Assembly (NCBI GenBank): GCA_023474425.1
Contig: JAMCXX010000004.1
Coordinates: forward strand, 148,729-212,728
Reading direction: 5' to 3'
Source: Patescibacteria group bacterium
GTDB lineage: Bacteria > Patescibacteriota > WWE3 > JAMCXX01
Length of the DNA stretch: 64,000 bases
Part shown: piece by piece, positions 34,330 through 43,501 of the stretch
Numbering within the stretch: position 1 is the first letter of the stretch
Layout of the letters: every line of letters starts with the position of its first letter
Program-made: the position numbers and the translations under genes
The notes under the pieces: model-generated
What the model was told of the DNA's origin: nothing
Seen by the model: only the letters and a program-made list of their open reading frames with translations
The model's database searches: none

Positions 34330-34442
34330 CAAAATGGCATTCCGCAGCGTGAGCGACCTGCCCGCATTGCTACGCAAAGCGTTGCAGGCGGGGGCTTAGC
34401 GCCCCGCCAGTGTCTTTCCTGGCGGGGACAGCGGCCATTTTG
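34330..34442 (-). ncRNA. Candidate structured RNA or cis-regulatory element, copy 1; class unknown
   Basis: Closing stem caaaatggc (34330-38) / gccattttg (34434-42). A 9-bp hairpin 34402-10 / 34419-27 with loop tgtctttc. A second hairpin at 34361-92. A homologous covarying copy lies at 61271-61356. The strand is assigned from gene context only. Confidence 0.5.
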
Positions 34443-34471
34443 GCGCTTACCCGAGGGCTCGCCCAAATCAA

Positions 34472-35734
34472 CTAATTCACGGTTACTCTCTCGACTTCGG
34501 TAATAGCGCTCAACGGATACTTGCTGGTAAAACTTATATCGTGCCCATTTTCCACAAACGGATCATCCATTACATAGTTCCCCCCGGAGCCGCTCTTTAG
34601 AACCACAAAGTGAGCGGGACCTCTGTAGAGACCCACGATTACCGGCCGTCCGGCGGCCAGCTCGCTGTCAATACTGGCCGTGGTCGGCGAAAGACTGACC
34701 CGCAAAATCCGAACGCCGTTAACGGTAATATCTTTCCACAAATAAGCGGTGGAGCTGTCCGGACTAAAAAAAGCCGCAGGATTGGCGGCAATATCGGCCG
34801 GATTAAGACCTTTCTGGTAGTGGCTGGCGATCATGGCGCTCGAAGATACAAGACAGCCATACTCGGCCACGGAAAGAGTGGAACTTCCCAAAGGCTTGGC
34901 TCCCCAACTAGAGTCTCTCTGGTTATAATAACAGCCCCAGCCGTCGCAAAAAGTCTGATTGGACAAAAGACTGGCGCCACCCTGCAGATTAACAAATCTC
35001 TGGATAGCCGCCTGCTCGGCAATCACCTGGGCTAAAAGCTGCTGGTATCTGTTTTCGTCGCTGGCTGTAGCCTGCAATAGGTTCTGCTTCTCGGCTCTTT
35101 GCGTTTGCAGAGATTGGTTGTAGGCCTCCAAGTTCTTCTTGGTCGCTTCGATTTGATCTTTTAAAACCTGCACCTGGTCTTTTTTGTCGCCCAAAACAAT
35201 TTTTTGCGATTGGAAAGCCTGCTGGGTATCCTCCATTTGCAAAAGATATTTACTGTCCTGAAGCTCAAAAACCTGCAGGTATTTAAGACGGTCAATGAAA
35301 TAGGAAAAATCCTGCCCGCCCAAAACAAGGTCAAGGGGGGTTACGGCGGAACTGCGATAGAATGCGTTGGCCCGACCGGCGAATATGGATTTCTGACGGT
35401 CAAGCGTTTGGCCGAGAGTATCAATTTTTGACGAAACCAAACCAATGTCGCTGGTCAGTTTTTCCAACTCGGCCTCATTTAGTACGATTTGCGTCTTGGC
35501 CTGTTCAATTTTAATTTGGGTTATATTGATTTGACTGTCCATGAGACTGATTTGATTCTGAAGAGTCTTTTTCTGGCTTTGCAGTGAAGCAATCTTATCT
35601 TCATACACCTTTTGTTGCTCCTGCAAACTTTTAAGCTGATCTTCCGTGGTATCGGCGAGACTAATCTTCCCGCTTCCTACCCCAATAAAAAGAAAAAATA
35701 AAAAAAGGAGAAACAACCGGGCAGTATTATTCAT
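34472..35734 (-). CDS. Secreted coiled-coil protein with a C-terminal papain-like (C39-like/CHAP-like) Cys-His peptidase domain; putative FtsEX-controlled cell-wall hydrolase
   Basis: Signal peptide, ~230 aa of heptad-rich Q/L/K sequence, then YYNQRDSSWG...AEYGCLVSSSAMIASHY...GRPVIVGLYRGPAHFVVL...MDDPF. Immediately downstream of ftsE-ftsX. Confidence 0.55.
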   Translation of the reverse strand: MNNTARLFLLFLFFLFIGVGSGKISLADTTEDQLKSLQEQQKVYEDKIASLQSQKKTLQNQISLMDSQINITQIKIEQAKTQIVLNEAELEKLTSDIGLVSSKIDTLGQTLDRQKSIFAGRANAFYRSSAVTPLDLVLGGQDFSYFIDRLKYLQVFELQDSKYLLQMEDTQQAFQSQKIVLGDKKDQVQVLKDQIEATKKNLEAYNQSLQTQRAEKQNLLQATASDENRYQQLLAQVIAEQAAIQRFVNLQGGASLLSNQTFCDGWGCYYNQRDSSWGAKPLGSSTLSVAEYGCLVSSSAMIASHYQKGLNPADIAANPAAFFSPDSSTAYLWKDITVNGVRILRVSLSPTTASIDSELAAGRPVIVGLYRGPAHFVVLKSGSGGNYVMDDPFVENGHDISFTSKYPLSAITEVERVTVN

Positions 35735-35737
35735 GGC

Positions 35738-36628
35738 TTAAACTCGAAGATACTTTCTGACACCCAAAAAGCTGCTGGCCGCGCCAAGTAAGGGTCCCAA
35801 CAGAAAATGAAAAGCGGCAACTGCGGCTAGGTAAAAATAAATGGTGTGGTCCAGGGTAACGGTCTGTGTAAAAAATTTTAAGTACGGAACAGTGAATATA
35901 AGAGTAACAGCAAAGATAATGAACGAGATGGCAGAAGAAAAAAGACCGTAAATAGCCCCCTGCCAAATAAACGGGGAGGTTACCTGTCCGTCACTGGCAC
36001 CAACAAGACGCATAATTTCGATTTCGTCCGCGCGGATTTTTACCGAAATACCCACCGAAAGCAAAACAACGAGCAGGGAAACGAGAAGCATTGCCGAAAC
36101 CAAAGCGAGTCCAACCACCCTTAAGATAAACGCCCAGCGCCCCAGGGTTTCCACAACATCCTTAAAAAAGACCACCTCCTCCACCTCCGGCCGGGCTTTA
36201 AGCTCGGCTGCCAGAGAATTAAGGGAGGAAATTTTTCTGGTTTTAATTTCTAATGACGCCGGCAGGATGTTGGCGCTTACCGCCTCCAAAAGACCCGGCT
36301 CGTCTTGGTGCTGACCCAAATATATTTTTAAGGCATCGTTCTGTGAAACATACTTCACCGACTCCACTTCGCTGCGTTTTAGCAGAGTGTCGCGGATTTC
36401 CAGAATCGTCGGCTCGGCCACATCGGTTTTAAAAAAAACGGTTATTTGAGCTTTGTCTTCAAGACTCCGCAGCAAAAAGTGGGAAAAAACAAAAGCCGAG
36501 GCAAAACTTAAAAAAACCAGAAAACTTAGGCTCATAACAAAAACCGAAGCCAGGGTTAAAAAACGGCTGCGCCGAATATATTTAAAACCAGTTTTTAACG
36601 AATGGGGCCGGACCAAAAATCTAGACAT
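35738..36628 (-). CDS. ftsX: Cell-division ABC transporter permease-like protein FtsX
   Basis: 296 aa. One TM, an extracellular domain and three C-terminal TM helices. Overlaps the ftsE stop. Confidence 0.8.
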   Translation of the reverse strand: MSRFLVRPHSLKTGFKYIRRSRFLTLASVFVMSLSFLVFLSFASAFVFSHFLLRSLEDKAQITVFFKTDVAEPTILEIRDTLLKRSEVESVKYVSQNDALKIYLGQHQDEPGLLEAVSANILPASLEIKTRKISSLNSLAAELKARPEVEEVVFFKDVVETLGRWAFILRVVGLALVSAMLLVSLLVVLLSVGISVKIRADEIEIMRLVGASDGQVTSPFIWQGAIYGLFSSAISFIIFAVTLIFTVPYLKFFTQTVTLDHTIYFYLAAVAAFHFLLGPLLGAASSFLGVRKYLRV

Positions 36629-37298
36629 AGGTTCCCTTTTTATCGTCTTTAATTATGCGGCCACGATCAATTTTAACCACCCGTTTCTTAAGAGAGTTAA
36701 CAATTTCGCTGTCGTGGGTGGCCACAATCACCGTGGTTCCGCGCTTATTGAGTTCGTCCAAAATTTCCATAAGCCCCCAGGTAAGCGCCGGATCCACTTC
36801 GGCCGTGGGCTCGTCGGCCAGAATAACCTTGGGACAGCCCACCAGTGCCCGCGCCAGAGCCACCCGCTGGCGCTCGCCGCCCGAAAGCTGCCAGGGAAAG
36901 TTGTCGACCTTCTCGGAAAGACCAACTAAGTCCAAAGCCGCGGTGGCCTGCTCGCTTATTTCTTTTTCGGCTTTGCCCAAAACTTCCAAAACCAGGGAGA
37001 CGTTTTCATAAACGGAAGCGGTTGGCAAAAGCCGAAAATCCTGGAAAACAACGCCAATGTCGCGCCGGAGCTTAAACAAATCCGGCCGCTTAAGAGACGT
37101 CACCTCTTTCTCCTCAAAAAAAACCTTGCCGGCTTCCGGCTTTTCCTCACAGTAAATAAGTTTTAAAAGCGTGGTTTTGCCGGCTCCAGAAGGACCAATG
37201 AGAAAAAGGAAATCTTTGGGGTGTACCTCTAAATCCACGTCTGCTAGGGCCCGAACTCCGTTGCCATATGTTTTGGAAACTCCTTCAAACCGAATCAT
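36621..37298 (-). CDS. ftsE: Cell-division ATP-binding protein FtsE
   Basis: MIRFEGVSKTYGNG, GPSGAGKTTLLK, LSGGERQRVALARAL and ILADEPT. Confidence 0.9.
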   Translation of the reverse strand: MIRFEGVSKTYGNGVRALADVDLEVHPKDFLFLIGPSGAGKTTLLKLIYCEEKPEAGKVFFEEKEVTSLKRPDLFKLRRDIGVVFQDFRLLPTASVYENVSLVLEVLGKAEKEISEQATAALDLVGLSEKVDNFPWQLSGGERQRVALARALVGCPKVILADEPTAEVDPALTWGLMEILDELNKRGTTVIVATHDSEIVNSLKKRVVKIDRGRIIKDDKKGTYV

Positions 37299-37304
37299 AT
37301 AATC

Positions 37305-37682
37305 TTACTTAAAACTCACCTTATCCACCTGCACAATCGGGATGCCGTCGTTAAGAATTCTCTCCTTAACACCGTGAATACTGGCCCGAAACCCTTCTAA
37401 AATACTCAAATCAATTTGGCGGCTTTCTAGATAGGCAATCACCTTTCCATTTTCATCGACCAAACGGTGGGTGGCCAAGGAATCAACCGGGGTCATGAGT
37501 TTTTCTACCAGGCCCGTATAATAATCCCCGGCCGGGCTGCTTGAATTCGAGGAATCTATGGCAACCTCAGACGGCGCAGCAGCTTTCTGAAACGAAGTGA
37601 AAGTAAATCCAAGATAAATTAAAGAACCCAGCAAAAAAATAAAGGCGAGCACGGTTAACAGCTTATTTAATCCCGGCCTCAT
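37305..37682 (-). CDS. Membrane-anchored hypothetical protein
   Basis: 125-aa ORF with an N-terminal TM. No family recognised. Confidence 0.45.
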   Translation of the reverse strand: MRPGLNKLLTVLAFIFLLGSLIYLGFTFTSFQKAAAPSEVAIDSSNSSSPAGDYYTGLVEKLMTPVDSLATHRLVDENGKVIAYLESRQIDLSILEGFRASIHGVKERILNDGIPIVQVDKVSFK

Positions 37683-37716
37683 ACTAAACCCACTCTAAAC
37701 AATTGAAGGCAAAATT

Positions 37717-38727
37717 TCAAACTCCCTGCCGCAGTTCGGCCTCAAGAAATTCCTCCAAACGTCCGTTAAGAACTAAATCCGGATTAGTTGACTCGATACC
37801 TGTTCTTAAATCCTTAACCAATTTGTAGGGGTGTAAAACGTAGGAACGAATTTGGTTACCCCAGCCTGGAACCTTATAGACGCCCCTAAGCCGCCTTTTC
37901 TCTTCGTCCAACTTTTCGAGCTCCTTTTGAAGAATTCGAGCTTTAAGCAAACGCAAGGCGATTTCACGGTTTTTCGCCTGGTAGCGCTCGGCCTGACAGG
38001 CAACGACAATGCCGGTGGGTTTGTGGCGAAGTCTCACCGCCGTGGAAACCTTGTTAACATTCTGTCCGCCGTGGCCGCCGGAGCGGAAGGCCTCGAATTC
38101 AATATCCTCGTCCCTAATTTCCACTTGAACATCGTCGGAAATTAAGGGAATAACCTCAACCATGGCAAAAGAAGTCTGGCGCAACTTGTTGGCGTTAAAG
38201 GGGGACTGGCGAACGAGCCGATGAACTCCGGCCTCGCCTTTTAAAAAACCGAAGGCATAGGACCCGCTTACCTCCAAAACAACACTTTTGACGCCGGCTT
38301 CCTCCCCGACCGTTTCGTCCACGGTCACAAAGCGCCAGCCTTTAGATTCAAAATACTTAAGATACATGCGCTTGAGCATTCCCGCCCAGTCCATGGCTTC
38401 GGTGCCGCCTTGGCCGGAGTGGATAGAAAAGAGGGCGTCGCCGCGGTCGTATGGGCCGGAAAGAAAGGTTAAGAATTCCAGATCTTTAAGCCCCTGCTCA
38501 AAGGCGGCCCAATCTTTTTCCTGACGGTACAAATCGAGCAATTCCAGTTTTTCCACTTCGTCTTTAAGGGTAGAGAGCTCCGCCATCTTCTTGCCGGCAG
38601 TACCGCTGTCGTTCCAAAAACTCGGACCGACGGATTCTTGGGTCAACTCTTGAATCCTTTTCTTTTTTCCCTCAATATTTAGTTTCAAACAAAGATTTGT
38701 ATAACGCGAAATAAGCTCTTCTTCCAT
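37717..38727 (-). CDS. prfB: Peptide chain release factor 2, single uninterrupted ORF
   Basis: SPF tripeptide (RQSPFNANK), GGQ ([18 protein letters not shown]) and an N-terminus aligning with RF2 helix 1. Confidence 0.9.
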   Translation of the reverse strand: MEEELISRYTNLCLKLNIEGKKKRIQELTQESVGPSFWNDSGTAGKKMAELSTLKDEVEKLELLDLYRQEKDWAAFEQGLKDLEFLTFLSGPYDRGDALFSIHSGQGGTEAMDWAGMLKRMYLKYFESKGWRFVTVDETVGEEAGVKSVVLEVSGSYAFGFLKGEAGVHRLVRQSPFNANKLRQTSFAMVEVIPLISDDVQVEIRDEDIEFEAFRSGGHGGQNVNKVSTAVRLRHKPTGIVVACQAERYQAKNREIALRLLKARILQKELEKLDEEKRRLRGVYKVPGWGNQIRSYVLHPYKLVKDLRTGIESTNPDLVLNGRLEEFLEAELRQGV

Positions 38728-38778
38728 GACTCAATTCTGACCCAATTTGGGAAGTTTATCAAAAAACTTTAAAAGAGT

Positions 38779-41331
38779 TTAGAGAAGAACGGAAATATCA
38801 ACGCTAAAAGGAATCTCCTTTTTAATCTCTCCGGAAAGAATTTTTTTGGCGATGGAGGATTCCACTTTATCCTGAATCAGCCGGCGCATGGGCCTAGCGC
38901 CCAAAGCCACGTCGTAGCCATCAGCCGCCAATTTTTTAACAAGCTCTTCGCTAAAACTAACCACAAAACCTTCCTTAAGCAGATCGGCGGCAATTTTTTT
39001 AAGCTTCAGCCGGGCAATCATTTCCGTGTGCTTTGGCAAAAGCGGTTTATAAACAATAATGCCGTCAAAACGGTTGAGGAGTTCAATTCTAAATGACGAC
39101 TCCAGTTTTTGGGAAAGCTCTCCCTTAAATTCATCGATGCTTCGCCCGACCCGCAGGTTTTCGTAAATAAACTGGGTACCGGCATTACTCGTAAAAACCA
39201 AAATTGTATTGGCAAATGAAGCCGTCTTCCCTCCTTCATCCGTTAGCCGTCCGTCGTCAATCACCTGCAGAAAAATGTCGAGAATCCGCGAGTTGGCTTT
39301 CTCGGCCTCGTCCAAAAGAACCAGGGAAAACGGGTGGTGGCGAACCCCATCGGTTAACTTGGCAATTAAGGAGTCCACCGAACCCTCGGTCTGATACTCG
39401 GTCATATCAAAACGTATTAGGCGCTCCTCGTGTCCGTAAAAAACTTCGGCCAGAGCTTTGGCCGTTTCTGTTTTACCCACTCCGGTCGGTCCTACAAAAA
39501 GCAGTGAGGTAATGGGCCTCTTCTCCTCCCGCAAACCGACCCGGGCCCGCCGAATAGCGTCGGAAAGGGCTAAAACCGCCTCCGTCTGGTCAACCAATCT
39601 TTCGTGAATCTTGCCCTCCAAATTCAGGAGAGAGGCCGCTTCCTCGGTGTTGCCCACAGCCAGCGTTACCGGAATACTGGTTTTCTCGGCCACAATTTTT
39701 TGAACATCAGCCTTAAGAACGAGCGGCAGGCTCCGGTTTTGGGAACGCACGAAACTTACCGTTTCCTCCAGCAAATCTACGGCTTTATCGGGCAAAACCC
39801 GCCCGTAGATGTAGCGCGAAGAAAGGTCAATACAGGCCTTTAGACAGTCCAGAGTAATTATTACTTTATTTTCTTCCTCCAAATCCAAACCGAGGTACTC
39901 CAAAATTTCTAGGGTTTCGTCAAAACCGGCTTCGGGAATTTCCACCTTCTCAAAAAGTCTGGCAAAAGCCGAATTAGGCTCAATGTACTTGCGGTAATTT
40001 TCCCAAGTGGCCGCACCAATTACCTGAAACCCTTTCTGTCCGATTCGCGGCTCCAATGATCCAAAAACCACGGAAGTATCGGCCGAGCCCCCGGCACTAA
40101 CTGCGTTCTGAATTTCATCCAAGAAAAGAATAATATTGCCGGAATTTTGGATATCGTCCAAGACATTGTTAATCCGCTCCTGCACTTCACCAACGCTCCT
40201 TGTGCCAGCAGAAATCCTGGAAATCTCAAGCATCATAAGCCTTTTGTCGGCCAAGCCCCGGGCAGCCGTACCTTTCACAATTTCCTGGGCCAAGCCGTAA
40301 ACCAGAGTTGTCTTGCCGCAGCCGGGCTCCCCAATGAGCAAAACGCAATTTTTTAAACTTCGCTCCAAAACCCGTAAAGCTTCCTCCACCTGGTTCTTCT
40401 TGCCAATGAGCGGCGGGAGATAACCCGCTTCCGCCTCTCGAGTCAAGTCCCGTGAATAACGGTCCAGATTGTAAGTTACCCGTCCCGTCCAGCCGCGGTT
40501 AAAACCGCCCAAGCCGTCAACTTTATAGTTCTCGTCCCAAAAATGCGGCGGATGGGAGCGGCGGTACTCACGGTTGCTCCAAATTAAAACTTCTCGGGCG
40601 TCGGCAAAGCGGTAGTTTGAGGCCTTGAGCAGTGACAAAAGGAGGTGAACCGAAGATATATGGCGGTGCCCCAAGTCCAAAGCCTGGTAAAGTGAATCCT
40701 TAAGCAAAGCGTCACGCCCTAGGGATTGAATTTTGGTTAAACGCGTCCCGTCCGGCCCTCTAAAGTCCTTAAGAAAATCATCACAGGTTTGGTAGCTTAA
40801 CTTTTGCAGGAGTCTTTGTGGTACACGCCTTCGGCAAATCTTTCCCAGAAGTTCCAGGTTATCCCGAGACGAAGAAATAAGTTTAATCATCGAGGAACGC
40901 AAAAATAACTCCGGGTTTTCGTTAAGATTCCCGGGTCCGAGTATTGTTCTTTCCGGCTCATCAAAGCGGTCCCGTAAGTAAACCAAAAAAACTAAGCCAA
41001 TAAATATAAATGAATAAATCCGCCAATCGGTGAATACTAAAAACGGCAGAAAAACCCAAATCAAAAGAAGAAAAGCGTTTAGCACCTCCGCAAGAAGAAT
41101 AACCAGCAAGCCAAATAAAATTCGTCCAGTTCTAAAAACGACGGCAATTAAATGCCCCACTAAATTCGGGTCGCCAAAAAGGGGTGTCAGCCAAAGGCGG
41201 ACCATTAGGGTAATAGCCAGTTGCCGATTTAGAAAAAGGGCTAAATTCTTAAAGAGTCTTAAAAACCATAAACTGCGCTCCTTATACCACCAGATGGGAA
41301 ATTTAAAAATAAGCTTCGGCAGGTTTAACAT
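38779..41331 (-). CDS. Clp/Hsp100-type double AAA+ ATPase with an N-terminal membrane domain
   Basis: The N-terminal ~120 aa are hydrophobic. A Clp_N-like repeat (HISSVHLLLSLL). AAA1 with GEPGCGKTTL and ILFLDEIQ. AAA2 with FVGPTGVGKTE and LVLLDEAEKA. Confidence 0.75.
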   Translation of the reverse strand: MLNLPKLIFKFPIWWYKERSLWFLRLFKNLALFLNRQLAITLMVRLWLTPLFGDPNLVGHLIAVVFRTGRILFGLLVILLAEVLNAFLLLIWVFLPFLVFTDWRIYSFIFIGLVFLVYLRDRFDEPERTILGPGNLNENPELFLRSSMIKLISSSRDNLELLGKICRRRVPQRLLQKLSYQTCDDFLKDFRGPDGTRLTKIQSLGRDALLKDSLYQALDLGHRHISSVHLLLSLLKASNYRFADAREVLIWSNREYRRSHPPHFWDENYKVDGLGGFNRGWTGRVTYNLDRYSRDLTREAEAGYLPPLIGKKNQVEEALRVLERSLKNCVLLIGEPGCGKTTLVYGLAQEIVKGTAARGLADKRLMMLEISRISAGTRSVGEVQERINNVLDDIQNSGNIILFLDEIQNAVSAGGSADTSVVFGSLEPRIGQKGFQVIGAATWENYRKYIEPNSAFARLFEKVEIPEAGFDETLEILEYLGLDLEEENKVIITLDCLKACIDLSSRYIYGRVLPDKAVDLLEETVSFVRSQNRSLPLVLKADVQKIVAEKTSIPVTLAVGNTEEAASLLNLEGKIHERLVDQTEAVLALSDAIRRARVGLREEKRPITSLLFVGPTGVGKTETAKALAEVFYGHEERLIRFDMTEYQTEGSVDSLIAKLTDGVRHHPFSLVLLDEAEKANSRILDIFLQVIDDGRLTDEGGKTASFANTILVFTSNAGTQFIYENLRVGRSIDEFKGELSQKLESSFRIELLNRFDGIIVYKPLLPKHTEMIARLKLKKIAADLLKEGFVVSFSEELVKKLAADGYDVALGARPMRRLIQDKVESSIAKKILSGEIKKEIPFSVDISVLL

Positions 41332-41372
41332 AAACTTTTCAAATTAAGAATACCAGTTTCCCCGTCCGGCTG

Positions 41373-42209
41373 TTAACCGACTAAGCCGCGCAGAATCTCC
41401 AAGTTCTTTTTATCCGGTCCTTTATTGTCAAACCCGGGCGTTTCGATTATGAAAGGCAGCTCTTTAAGTAAAGGGTGATTAAGAATATTTTTGAAGCCGT
41501 CGAGACCAATAAACCCCCGGCCAATATTTTCATGCCGGTCCCGAAGTGACCCCAAAGGAAATTTGGAATCATTGGTGTGCACCGCCACTAACTTTTTAAG
41601 AAGTCCCAACGCCTGCAATTTATTGATAACATCATCCAACCCTTGAGGCAGATTTATTGGATATCCGGCGGCAAAGGCATGCTGGGTATCCAAACAAACG
41701 GCGGTCCGTGAACTATCTGCGGCCGAAACAAGTTCCGCTAGCTCTTCGAACCTAGTACCAATCCCGCCGCCCTGACCGGCGTTGTTCTCAAAAATTAAGA
41801 GACCGGCTTCTGTTTGAGCGAGAACCGTTTTGACGGCCTCAACCACCCTCTTTTTTACGGAATCAAACCCCTGACCATGATGAGAACCGAGATGAAAAAT
41901 AACGCCCTGGGCGGCCGCTTTTTGGCATAGGTTTAAATAAAATATCAGGGATTTTATGGAGAGTTCGAAAAGAGTTTTGTTCGGCGAACCCAAGTTGATT
42001 AAATAAACACCGTGGAAAAAAATTGGCGCCATCTTGGCCGACTTAACCGCGCGTCGAAACCGCTCAAAATCTTCCTCACTATAATTAATTGTATTAAAAC
42101 TCCTGGGCGAAGAACCAAAAATCTGAAAGGTTTGCGAACCGAGAGACACGGCCCTCTCAACGGCCCGGTAGAGCCCTCCGGAAATCGAGACGTGCGCTCC
42201 CAGTTTCAT
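41373..42209 (-). CDS. nfo: Endonuclease IV (AP endonuclease)
   Basis: Start at the ATG at 42209 (MKLGAHVSISGGL...), with ATGA overlap onto the upstream gene. HGVYLINL, LDTQHAFAAGY and HTNDSK. Confidence 0.8.
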   Translation of the reverse strand: MKLGAHVSISGGLYRAVERAVSLGSQTFQIFGSSPRSFNTINYSEEDFERFRRAVKSAKMAPIFFHGVYLINLGSPNKTLFELSIKSLIFYLNLCQKAAAQGVIFHLGSHHGQGFDSVKKRVVEAVKTVLAQTEAGLLIFENNAGQGGGIGTRFEELAELVSAADSSRTAVCLDTQHAFAAGYPINLPQGLDDVINKLQALGLLKKLVAVHTNDSKFPLGSLRDRHENIGRGFIGLDGFKNILNHPLLKELPFIIETPGFDNKGPDKKNLEILRGLVG

Positions 42210-43501
42210 AAATACCTTCCAAAGAGGCTCAATAACATAGACAGGACAGCCAAAGTCATAAAAACAAAGGTAAGCCAAACAAAAAAATTAGAGAGATTGC
42301 CGCTTTTATACTCTCCCATAATTTTGGCGCTGCCGGCAATTTTGGCAATTAGAAAAATAAGCGGCACGGCCACAATACCGTTGATGACGGCGGTAATTAG
42401 GAGGGCCTGAATCGGGTCAACGCCCACAAAATTAATAAGCAGTCCGACGAGTGTAGCAATGGTAATCACGCCGTAAAACCCGTGAGCCCGTTTAAGTTTA
42501 TAGCCCAGGCTGGCTTTCCAATTTAGGGCCTCGGCCACGGCATAGGAAGCGGAGCCGGAAAGTACCGGCACAGCCAAAAGACCCAGGCCAATAATTCCTG
42601 AAGCAAAAATTAATTTGGCCAAAAACCCCGAGTGAGGAAAGGTTCGAACCAGGGGCTCAAGGGCTTGAGCGGCTTGCGCCGAGGTCGTAATATTGGTAAC
42701 TCCGTTGGCGTTAAGAACGGTGGCGGCGGTCACAATAATGCACCAGGTAACCAGGTTGGAGGCAACCATACCTACGGCATTATCGACTCTCATTGTTTTA
42801 ACCCGGTGCCAATTTACCTTCGGAGGCTGTCCCGAACGGTTTCTTAAAAGATGCTTTTCCCGCTCCTCTTCCACTTCCTCATCTGCTTCCCAAAAAAACA
42901 GGTAGGGGGAAATAGTCGTACCCACCACGCCGGTAATAATAAAAAGAAAAGCGAAACTGAATTCCAGATGGGGAATAAAGGTGGCCCGAAGAATCAGCGG
43001 CCATGGTTCTCTAACCAGGAAAACCGTAATCGGATAGGCCAAAAGAAAGAGGGCCAGCCATTTTAGAATCCGGGCATAGACTTTGTAGGAGGTGAATATT
43101 TCCAGAACCAAAATAAGAGCGGTAAAAACCAGAGTAGCCGCGGCAAAGTTGAGGGGCAAAATTAAACGCAAGGCGGCGGCCATGGCGCCAATGTCCGCCC
43201 CAATATTAATGGTATTGGCCAAAAGTATTAGAAAAACCGCCGCCAGGGCAATCTTTTCCGCATAAAACTCCTTAATGACGGCCACAATCCCCCTGCCGGT
43301 GATAAGACCAATGCGGGCGCAGGCTTCCTGGACCGCCGTCATTAAAGGCAGGGTAAAGAGAGACAGCCAAAGCTGGCCGTAACCGAAGCGGGCGCCGGTT
43401 TGCGAATAGGTAGCAATGCCCGAAGGGTCATCGTCGGCCGCGCCGGTAATAATCCCCGGCCCCAGCTCTTTAAAAAATTTATTAATCTTTTTAACCAACA
43501 T
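42206..43501 (-). CDS. mntH: NRAMP-family divalent metal transporter
   Basis: GPGIITGAADDDPSGIATYSQTGARFGYGQLW, about 11 TM helices. Confidence 0.8.
   Translation of the reverse strand: MLVKKINKFFKELGPGIITGAADDDPSGIATYSQTGARFGYGQLWLSLFTLPLMTAVQEACARIGLITGRGIVAVIKEFYAEKIALAAVFLILLANTINIGADIGAMAAALRLILPLNFAAATLVFTALILVLEIFTSYKVYARILKWLALFLLAYPITVFLVREPWPLILRATFIPHLEFSFAFLFIITGVVGTTISPYLFFWEADEEVEEEREKHLLRNRSGQPPKVNWHRVKTMRVDNAVGMVASNLVTWCIIVTAATVLNANGVTNITTSAQAAQALEPLVRTFPHSGFLAKLIFASGIIGLGLLAVPVLSGSASYAVAEALNWKASLGYKLKRAHGFYGVITIATLVGLLINFVGVDPIQALLITAVINGIVAVPLIFLIAKIAGSAKIMGEYKSGNLSNFFVWLTFVFMTLAVLSMLLSLFGRYL

Noticed and set aside
34304-34471. Identifying the structured element as SRP (4.5S) RNA, a c-di-GMP-I riboswitch or a ZTP riboswitch
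   Set aside because: It lacks the SRP domain IV signature (GGAAGCAGCC-type loop). A second homologous copy would be unexpected for SRP RNA. The partial resemblances GGGGCGCUAAGCC (to the GEMM-I junction ACGCAAAGCC) and CCGCCUGC (to the ZTP 3' strand) fall in stem positions that are not conserved in copy 2. The other obligatory conserved blocks of those classes are absent.
37717-38727. A programmed +1 frameshift in prfB, and the related idea of UGA recoding (genetic code 25)
   Set aside because: The RF2 ORF is continuous. Its N-terminus ([29 protein letters not shown]...FWND) already covers the region that spans the frameshift site in E. coli RF2. No upstream short ORF with CUU UGA is needed. 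The presence of RF2 (SPF motif) and many TGA stops, including ATGA overlaps at 27444, 30900 and 42206, argues for the standard code.
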